Of a stretch of 64,000 bases of DNA, positions 53,330-64,000 are shown one piece after another. A model generated the notes under the pieces. It saw only the letters and a list, made by a program, of their open reading frames with translations. It had not been told where the DNA came from and did no database searches. The translations under genes were made by a program, and so were the position numbers. Numbering within the stretch: the first letter of the stretch is position 1; every line of letters starts with the position of its first letter. The stretch lies in assembly GCF_009914755.1 (NCBI RefSeq), contig NC_060937.1. The stretch is one strand, 5' to 3'. The DNA is from the human T2T-CHM13v2.0 reference genome, Homo sapiens.

Positions 53330-53990
53330 TGAGTCTATTTTTTAACCCTGTTCTTTGAAGTGTTAGAACAAAGATATTCCTTTGTTTCCACAGGGAAGAC
53401 TTTAAATGTTTGAAATTAGTCACTATGTTTTCTTCTTTGAATATGGTCTTTCTTCCAAGTTAACAATCTAATATGTCCAGTTGTTTTTTATATAAAATTC
53501 TATTTTTATCCATCAATCTCCTGTTGACATATCAAGCCCAGTATTTCAGATATTTATACTTAACATTCCAAGAAGAGGCTATGCTTTTCACATTTACGTA
53601 CACTCAACTTTTATTAAGGCAACATATGCTTTTCTTTTTAGCAGCTTCTTGGCACTGTTGGTGATTATTGAGTTACAGCCAAGTCAGGTCTGATAACCAC
53701 AAACTACTGTCTGCAGTATTTACTACTTTACATTTCTTTTTCTCTCTCTCTCTCTTTTTTTTAATCTAAAGCATGCCTTGAGATTAGTTTTTATCAGATT
53801 CCATGTTCTTGGTATTCACTCAGCATTCCAGTCTTTTGAGATAACCTGAATCTCAATTTTGTCATCAACTATTACATTGTTTACGCCTTCCAGTGTTGTA
53901 TCCTCTCAAATTTGAAAAGTGACATGTGCAGCCTTGTTCATAATCTGCACCCTGTCTCTCCTTCACAGGTGGAACCAATTGATCCATGTC
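53330..53990 (-). mobile_element. L3/CR1 LINE remnant
   Basis: TTAGCAGCTTCTTGGCACTGTTGG...TATTGAG and CCTTCCAGTGTTGTATCCTCTCAAATTTGA resemble the antisense CR1 RT region. Confidence 0.6.
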
Positions 53991-54616
53991 TGTAGCATAG
54001 ACTACTGCCTAATTCTAAGAGCTATCTTTCTCAGATAGAAAATATTTAAGCAGTTTCAGCTTCACTTTCAACAAAAATATTTATGGTATCATGTGGATAT
54101 GATATAAAATGTAGACTGATTGTTGGTATTATTATGTAGATTTTAATGTGATTTAATATCTATAGCTAAATTGTAAGGTATGTCATTTGAAATATTGGAT
54201 GAAAAAAGATATCATATATTTTCATATGGCATTGTAGATACTTATGCAAATGAAAACATTAATTTCACTACACTTCTAGAAAAAAATTAATGTAAAGATC
54301 AAGTACTGCATTTAAAAAATGAAGTTGAAATCAGAACACAAAGAAACCAATTCTACTTTACTTGCATATTATGCCGTTTAAATTTTCTTACAATTTCATA
54401 AGGCCGTCAGAATCAAAGTAGCTCTCTAATATTCAAGTAGTTAATTTGTTTTAGAATACCATCTTTGGCAAGTATAAGTCCTCCCTGATTTTCTTACAGA
54501 AGTGAAATAGTTTACATTAATATTTGTGCAATTTTCTAGAGCAAAAGAAATTGTGAGATAACCTCTCTGATTACACTTAAATATAAGGTTCAGTGGTTTC
54601 AAGAAAATCTAAGTAT

Positions 54617-54906
<290 letters not shown>

Positions 54907-55419
54907 AGTCATTTCAATGATAGGTTGGGAAAGTTATTTTTTGTTGAGCAAGTGGGGATGAGAGTGCTTCTTTCCTTTGCTTTTACATAGAGGGAGCTCA
55001 ATTAGAGCAACATCCCTGGCAGCTTTCTGCTGTGCTTCACTTATTTCTTCTCATAGAGGAGAAACGACGTGTCTCATTGGTGAGTTTGGAGTTTGGGAGA
55101 GGCACTTGGACTGCTCAGTTAAGTCTTTCTCTTCTTCATTTCTTCCATATCTGCCTAGCTACAGATCATACTCATTCTCTCTGTTTTTCCATTATGTAAA
55201 TTTAAAGGAAAGTATCTAATTCTTAGGGTGGGTATTGGGAAACTCACCTTCTCCAACATAGACTTTGTGAGTAATAAAAAAGTCTAACTTTTGTGATCAT
55301 CGTCATCTGTCTAACTTGTGATGATCTCTAATTGAGAAATGAGGCTGTCATTTATTAAGTGCCCAAAACTACAATATTGTATTTGTTTGTATTATTTAGG
55401 TATTCACTTATTGTTTCAG

Positions 55420-55595
55420 AATTTTTATTTTATTGTGGTAAGAAGAGTTACTATGAGATCTAACACATTTTTAAGTGGACAACATATAATTGTTGGCTGT
55501 AGGTACAATGTTACAGAGCAGATCGCTACAGCTTATTTATTTTGCTTGACTAAAATTAATGCCTGTTGATTAATAACTCCCTATTTCTCCCTTCA
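55420..55595 (-). mobile_element. L1MA9-like 3' end
   Basis: TTATTGTGGTAAGAA...ATGAGATCTA...AGGTACAATGTT...AACTCCCTATTTCTCCC. Confidence 0.8.
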
Positions 55596-58500
55596 GTATC
55601 AAAAAATAAATTTTAGAAAGAGGCTAAATATATGATACCAAAAGAACTATATATGTAAACAAAAAAAAACCTATTTCTATAAAGTCTAATTTTTAAGTGT
55701 CCTCACCTATCAACGTATTGAAGCAACACGTTTAGAAGAAGGTGGGAACAAGAGCCAGACACTGGTTGCAAGTAACGTAATTTGCATCTTTTGGAAATGA
55801 ACAAATATTTTATTCACTAATTATAGTATTTTCTATATATTTCCCTTATTTTAAACTTTAACTTACACATCATAGATCCCTGCAACTGAGAGCCATGGCT
55901 AAAAAATCATCTAATTCAATACCTTCTTGTACAAAGACAAGTGTCTAACAAAGTTCTAAATGCAAAAGTTACCCTACTTTGATATCTAAAACAGGATTAT
56001 GATTCTATCTCAAAAAATTGGTTATTTTCACCTAATATATACTCACACTGTTGTAAAATACATAGGTTGTGTAAGAAGTATTGAGATGGTATTGCAGATC
56101 CCTAAGACTGGAGAAGCTTTACCAATAACAAAATGAATAACTCTGAAAGTTAAGGATGGAAATTGTAGGCAATCTTCTAGTATCCCATTCTAGTATTTAC
56201 CAAGTAAATGTTATTCCTTTTTGTCTTTTTGCCATATTCAGTTTTAAGTGTGGAAAATTTCATACGTATTTACTTATCCTATCTTTTTCCAGGGTCCTTG
56301 CACAAAGTAGGATTTATCATAAAAACTCAGTAAAATGTTCTTATTCCAGTGTTGTTCCAACTTTTATAATTTTCAACACACGATTCTCCAAAACATCAGA
56401 CTATTCTTGATGCTGTTTAATATCTTCAGATTCTTTGGATAGCAGGAGTTATATTAGATCCCTAGAAAACATTTATTTAATGTCGAATGGAATATTTTTA
56501 CCCTAATTTTATAATAATAATATTTCTAATAGTCATTCATAAGCACTTAAAGTAACATTTATTTTCATATTTCATGAAGTAAGGTATAGTGCATATCCTG
56601 GAAGAAACAGATTACTAAAGAATCTTGAGGCATAGTAATGTCTGTTACAACTGACATTTTACACGATGACTATCAAAACATTAAACTACTTAACAACTGA
56701 CCACCAATAATATTAAAATACATGTTTCTAGCACATTTATTAAGATTGTTTTGGATTGTATTTGTTTTTGAGGTACCAATACTAGCAAGGTAATGTTAAA
56801 GTGTATATTTTAGACATGTTAAAACTGGTCCTCTGTCATCAAACTGCTCTGTAAGCAAAATGCATATATGCAGGTGCGTAAAAAAACTCCAAGACATTTT
56901 TTTTAATTTAAAAAAATCAAAACATTAGGCAGACTCTTTTTGAAATAAAAAATAAAACAAATATCTACTTCTAGGAGCTATATTCTGTAGGTATTCTAGC
57001 AAAACAAATCCTCAAATGAAAATACTTCAAATTAAATAGCTATTAACTAGAAAAATAGTGGGGTGTACACCTAACTTTTACCTCTTAGAGGTTAATTTCT
57101 TTATCAATTGTTACCTCTTTCATTTTGATATAAGTAAAGTAAATTATTTATAAAAAGTTATAATGCATGAAAAGGAAAATATTGATTTCAAATGAAAAAT
57201 AAACAGAAAAAAAATCTTTTACTTCCACGCTTTGGATACAATTTTAAAGCAGGTAAGAAATGAAGAGAAGAAATTTGGGATTTTATTTTTTGGTCATAAA
57301 CAGGATAGTTAATGATTTCCACCAAGGTTTCGACTTACTTGAAAATCAAATGATCTGATATCCAGGTGATCTCTGGAAAGCATGTGAACATTGTGTTTCT
57401 GTCTTTTGTTTGCACTGGAATGCCAAATCTGCAATACAACTAGTTAGAAGGTTTGACCACCCGACGACCACACAAAGTCTAAGTGGAGAGTGCTGAGAGG
57501 TGATTCACCCTCCTTCTCTGCCTGGTCAGCCAGCTGAAACCCTCCAGCCATTAAACCGCTCTTAACACTAGGGAGCACACTTTCCCCAGGAATTATCCTG
57601 GGGAAGTCAGAGACAGGAGGCTTCCCTTGTGCAAGTCAGCATCAGGCCCCGTGCCAGCCCGTGCTCCGCTGTAGAGAATGACAAGTCACACAAATATGAC
57701 AGTGCTAATGGTAAACAATGACAGTTCTGTCAGGAATCTGAGAGGCTTTTCATACTTCTGCATGTGCCGAAAGAGAAGCAGAGCTATTTTATTTGTGGCA
57801 TATAAAAATGACGGCATGAACTCTTCACCCCCTTTTTTTTCCCCTTTAAACAAATCAAAATTAGAAGAGTGTTAGCAGCTTTATGGTTTGGGAACAGAAA
57901 GCAGGAGGCTTTAGACATGTGAAAATTCTTCTAAAAATTTCCCTAACTAAAAATTCGAACATATAGTAGTTTTAAAAAAATTACTTAAATGACCTTAGAT
58001 TTGTGATATCTTAACATAAAGCTTTCTTGCATTCTCAAGGGCATGCTAATGTCATCTAGAGGGCATGGAACCAATAGCCACACACCAGAGGCTGTTAGAC
58101 AGGATACACCCCATGTAAACATAGATGAGGCATGCTCTGACAAGGCTACAGTAGAAGGAGGCCACGTGATCATTGGATCACCCGCAATGTTACATCCATC
58201 AGATTTTCCACTGAGTTCGTTCAAAAGTGTGTTATATATTTACGGTGTGGAAAACACTGCCTGAACTATTTGAGACATAAAAAGAATGAGGCAAGAGCTT
58301 TGCTTTAAGGAGCTCTGGGTAAAGATGAACACCTGCAATGTCTGCTATACGAAAACACAAAGTACCGTACGATCAAGAGATACAGACAAAGTACTTCGTT
58401 TGTTTGGGGTGTCATGCTAGGTATTGCGGGGATAAGAAGACAAAGAAGATAGGGACATACACTGCAGCGAACTCAGAGTCTAAGGAAAGACATAAGACAT

Positions 58501-59398
58501 GTATAGATAAAAGACACTTTTATTAAAAAGAAGAAAGCACAATACAATCAATGAGACACGAAGAGAAAAGAGGAAGCAGTGATACTGATATCAGTAATTA
58601 TGAAGTGCTTAAACTCTGAGAGCAACCATGTAAGCTGTTGACAGAAATGATCTCATATCTCCCAAACAATGGACTTTATAGATAAGAAAGTTAAAGATGA
58701 GAGAGGTGGCTGGCAAGTTATAGAGTGAAGATTCAGGCACACATTTAAGCACAAAGATGTCTTTGTTAACGACCACATAACTATTTGCTTCAGTGAGCTC
58801 CTTTTATTTTGTTTGTCTAAAATTTCTTTCCCTTTTTCTGGCGAAAGCCTTTGTGGGGTGTAGCTCTGATGGATGTCAATTATGGTGAGACCCGGTCCTT
58901 CTGTATACAAGGGTGGAAACATAACTCAAGCCCCCAAGCCACTGTAATTAGACTGGAAATAATGAAGGGCAAAGCCAAGTCAGTAAAATCCCTTCCTTGC
59001 AGCGTTTTATAGTGATGTTGAGAGAAGGATCATCCTTCTTCTCTCCTGGATTTCTATTTGTGATAACATTAGCTAATTCTGCTCTGACACCATATTCCTC
59101 CTCCACTTGCCGCATTAAAAAAAAAAAAATCCACAGTAAAACAGAAAGAGGCTACAGTTTGGTGATGGGGTCCACAGTTCAGTTGTGCATGCCTGAGTCT
59201 AGTTTCATCTGAGGATTTGGCAATAAATTGATTTGAGTTTAGTGACTCTTATTTGCAACCTGAAAATGTCTAATTAATGAATTCATGCTTAGAGGATGAA
59301 AAAAATAGAAGGAAAGTCATATTTGCATTAGAATTCGAAGAATAAATAGTATTCAAATGAGAATTATTCCATTGCAAGACAAGATAAAAGCTATGTGT

Positions 59399-60040
59399 CA
59401 GGCTGACTATATATCCCAGTTTGCCTAGAAAACATTTGATGTATGTGTTCTACCATAAAGACACAAGCACACTTATGTTCATCTTAGCACTATTTACAAT
59501 AACAAAGGTATGTAATCAAACTGAATGCCCATCAATGGTAATTTGGATAAAGAAAATATGGTACATATACATCACGGAATACTCTGCAGCTATAAAAATG
59601 AACAAGAGCATGTACTTTGCAGCAACATGGATGGAGCTGGGGGCCATTATCCTAAGTGAATGGATGCAGGGACAGAAAAGCAAATACCATTTGTTCTCAC
59701 TTATAAGTGGGAACTAAACACTGAATACACATGGGTATTGAGAAGGGAACAACAGACACCAGGACCTACTTGAGGGTGAAAGGTGGGAGCTAAGAGAAGA
59801 TTGCAAAACTACCTATTGGGTACTGTGCTTATTACCTCGGTAATGAAGTAATCTATACACCAAAACACTGTAACACACAATTTACCCATGTAACAAATTG
59901 GCACGTGTTCCCCCAAAACCTAAAATAAAAGCTAAAAAAAGAAAACATTTAATTTCTCCTTATTGTCTCTATCTTTTACTTGTTGTCTCTCTCAATAGTT
60001 TCAACCTTTATAGTAAATTATATGGTGTAGTCATCCTTTT
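59399..60040. mobile_element. MER94-like hAT element split by an L1
   Basis: AGGCTGACTATATATCCCAGTTTGCC on the left and TAAATTATATGG...GTCATCCT on the right. Confidence 0.55.
59445..59939 (+). mobile_element. L1PA15-like 5'-truncated 3' end
   Basis: TTCTACCATAAAGACACA...AACCTAAAATAAAAGCTAAAAAA, TSD AGAAAACATTT at 59427 and 59940. Confidence 0.92.
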
Positions 60041-60779
60041 ATATATAAAACTGAAACAAAGAATGCATATATAGTTTTACATATATCTATATGTGTAATT
60101 TAGAATTTAGGTCTGAGACAAAGTGGGAAGTCTCTTAACTATTATATTGATTACTTAAATATTATATTAAGGATCTAAGTGTTAGTGTGGATCACAGGAA
60201 AGATATAATCATAACCTTTAAAGATATTGTAGCTGGTAGTATTAAATTTCAATTGGTAAAATATGAAACTAAGAAGTTATTGCTGCAACCTCTGTGAGAG
60301 ATAATTAAGCTCTGAAAAATTGTGGCCCGCGCACACACACACACACGAACAGGACAGTGATTTTTTAATTCAGTGAGGTAAACAGAGTAAGGCCTCCATT
60401 TAAATGAGAATGCCAACAGCTAGCAAAATAAAGAACAAAATCAACCTATGCTTTCCTTCACCAGGCAGAGAGGATTGAAGGAGCTGGAAAGAGGTTTTAG
60501 ACCTTAGTGAATAATCTTGTAAAAAATTAGATTTATATTCAGAAAAGTAAAACATAAATTCTATCAAAAAGTTTGTACAAACCCAAGGAGGTTGGTGAAG
60601 ACCATGGTTTTCTGGTGATTGGGGCATTATCCAGATTCAATATGTTCTGAATTTATGGGATCATAACTACTTTAAAAGGCACCAGCTCTTATATCTAATA
60701 TTATTCCCTACTTTAGTTCAAACTCTCATGATCTAGATGGAGCTACTACCAGTGCCTTGGCTGAGTGGGATTGGAGAAA

Positions 60780-61520
60780 GCTGAAACTGACATAGTAAGA
60801 GATAGTATGGAAGGAGAACTAATGGGGTGTGGGCTATTGATGGCTTATGGAGGTCAAAAGAGAAGAAGAAGTTGAGGTAACTTATTTTTGTTCTATACTC
60901 TACATGACTTCGTAGATGCCAATGCCTTCAAAACACAGGTTTTAAAAAATAGTGGTAGAAAAAATGATAAAGCTAGTGTCAGCATTTGAGTTTGAGACAA
61001 TGGTCAAATATTCTAGTGAAGCTTTTCACGTTTTACTTTAAATGTGGATTTAAAACTCAAGAGAATAAAGCTATAGATATAATAACAGAAATGTATCATA
61101 TTTACAAAGAAAGAGAGAAAGGAAAGCTGATATCACGTCTTTGAGGAAAGGCCTGCATTTCTATGTTAAAAGGACAAAGATGGAGTACCTACAGACACCA
61201 AAACAACAATTCAAACAGATGCCATATGATGAAGCTAATAATTGTCATTATTGATAGTGCTCAAGTGGTCTTGCAAGGTAAAGAGGATGAAACAGATTTT
61301 ATAATTTCAAGATATGTTTGAATAGAAACAATTTAAATAAAACAAAAAGCCTTTTGAGAAGAAATTGATAAATGGAAGGTGGATGAGATTGGGTAACATT
61401 GAAAATAGCAAAGTGAACTACAATAGGAAGATGTTTGAGGGTGAAAGGTCAGTAGATAATAATATAGAAACTCAAAAGAGTATAAAGTTAGTGGGAAGAC
61501 TTTGTAGAATGTATTAGTCC
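60780..61520 (-). mobile_element. Degenerate L2 fragments
   Basis: Purine-rich patchy similarity (TTTGAGTTTGAG..., GCCTTTTGAGAAG...); weak. Confidence 0.35.
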
Positions 61521-61661
61521 AGATGGCATAAGTTGTGCGTTATTTTCTATTTAATAAGCACACCACAGAAATATAGCATTTGTAGTTTTGGCTCTTGCAA
61601 AATCTGAAGAGAGCTGGGTGACCCCCTAGGGCCTGCTCCATGGAGTGACTCAGAGGGGCAA

Positions 61662-61711
61662 ACATCTTCCAATGACCTCCATCTTGACATCTTTCAATGA
61701 CCTCCATCTTA
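61662..61711 (+). repeat. 25-bp tandem duplication
   Basis: ACATCTTCCAATGACCTCCATCTTG followed by ACATCTTTCAATGACCTCCATCTTA. Confidence 0.9.
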
Positions 61712-63704
61712 AAAGTGGAAGCAGCATAAAGATGTTTGATGAGCAACAAGTGGCCACACAAGTATTGGAGAAAAAAAAAATTAGAATGTGGGGAGAGAGG
61801 CAGTAGACACAATAAAAAATTCTATATAACAAATGCTATATCTTTAAGAAATCGAATCTTTCCATTAAATATTTGTTTAAAGTTACAGACTACTTAGATG
61901 TTAAAGTATCACTTATCACAAAGATCAGTAACTTATTTCCTCTGTATAGTAGATGCCTCTTCTGTAGAATTAACATTTCACTATAATCTCTAAGATACAG
62001 TTCAAGGGCACAATTTTATAATTCAAAGATATTTACGGCATGAAATTGAGATCTAAAACTCTTGTATCTTTAACAACCATTTTGTATTTAAATAACTGTT
62101 GACATTTACAATCATTGAAGAACTATTTGAACTCTGTAGAGTATAGATATTGAAGTACAAAATTAATTATGAGATAATATATGGAGCCTGTCGGCTTTAT
62201 TTTTTAATAAGTATGTATGTATGCCAATAAAGGCATTTTTGTTTCCTTATGTAAAATGTCCTATCACCCCTCAGCTGATTTTGCTATATCCACAAACACT
62301 ACAGTTAGCAGTTGAGTTTTCTTATTTGCTTTTTCTTTAAAAATTATTTATAACTTTTGGTTTCTGAAAAAATTGGTAATAAAACAGGCAACGTAGGAAA
62401 AAGAATTATCTGGTGGTAGAGCAGACAGAAAAATAAACACTTCAGCATTTATTTTTAATGACCTAGTTAACCCCACTCACTGGATTTATATAGCTGACAG
62501 TTTGACCTCTTTTATTGCTGATATGAATTGAAATTTATTCCATGAACTACACGATTGATCATTAAGAAAATAAAGACATGAAAAGTGGCAAGACTTAATC
62601 TGATCTCTGTGTATGTGATGCTTATATTAAATCTTCCAAATATATAAAATAAATTCAAATAATTCAATTGTTGTAGACACATTGATTACTTAATTGAATT
62701 TATTTATTTATTTATTTAAATCCAGATTACCAAAATTATTACCTAGAAGAAAAAGATATTTTAATCAGAAAAATAAAATACTTTATTATTCTACGTAGGA
62801 TGAAATTTGGTTCAGAATAACAACAACCATTAAACGGGAAGAATAACAACTTAATTTCAAGTGGAATAAAATTGAGAGTTCTTTCTTCCTTTTTTCTTAT
62901 TAAGAAGCCATAAGAGATAGTCATATTACTGATTTATGGGTAAATAATTTTCATTTCATACGCTAAGAGATTAATCTGGAGTCAGTTGGCTTTTTATTAT
63001 TTTTGCGTGCTTTTTAAATCAGATTTTGAAGAAGTAAAAGAAATAAACATCAAAACATAATTAAAATTTTTTATTTATAAAGTGTTGTTGGCTTCTGCCT
63101 ATTACTTAATATTCATTCGGTATTTGGTTTTAAAGACAGATTCTCTATGATAATAGATTTAAGGAGGGAAGTAATAAGTATGTACTATAAACTTTAATTC
63201 TGGATGCATAAAATATATTTTTCATTAATTTTGAAACACTATCTCATTCAACTAAATATCAGAATTGTACACTTATTTTAGTTTTTAAATACAGTTTTCA
63301 GGGTCCAGGACCATGGAATTTGATATAAGCATTTAAAAATGTGTTTTTTCTCATGGTGAAAGCAGAGACAAAAGATAATCTGTAAAGGAAAATAATTATA
63401 TATGTTATTGGTTATCTTTTTGTTTGTTAGTGCATTTTGCTTCATTAATTTGGGAATTATCAATATAAATACAGAACATAGTCTTCACTAGTTCCTATGG
63501 GTTTGCATGAATTGTATGACTGGGAAAAATGTAAAATGCAAGCTGCTCTTAATCAGCAAATTTTTCAATAAAATGTCAATGATGAACAACAGAAATTCTC
63601 TTCTTACTGGTATACTGGAGTGACTTGTGCTAATGAGTTGGGGATAGCACATAGAATAGTTCAGATTCAAATAGTGCCAGTTGGCTCCTTTAGACTATTA
63701 GTAA

Positions 63705-64000
<296 letters not shown>

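Overview
AT-rich, CpG-depleted primate genomic DNA. A diagnostic AluYa5 at 44088-44392 indicates human. I found no recognisable protein-coding exon, RNA gene or CRISPR array, so the window looks intergenic or deep-intronic, and roughly half of it is transposon-derived. The left end is a three-level nest: an L1PA7/8-like LINE with intact 5' end sits inside a THE1C LTR, which sits inside a THE1D LTR. The rest holds old L1M, HAL1, L2, MIR and CR1 fragments, MaLR/ERVL LTRs (MLT2A1, MLT1A-type, MST), DNA-transposon fossils and eight Alus. The most interesting observations are: an open L1 ORF0 with a strong Kozak context and a perfect splice donor; an MLT2A1 LTR with DUX4-like motifs, its donor and a nearby strong acceptor; a MER96B-like end joined to a hAT transposase remnant; a local 180-bp templated duplication; a 22-bp palindrome containing let-7 sites; and a very young AluYa5. 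Subfamily calls come from recalled consensus features, not from a search, and boundaries of old repeats are approximate.
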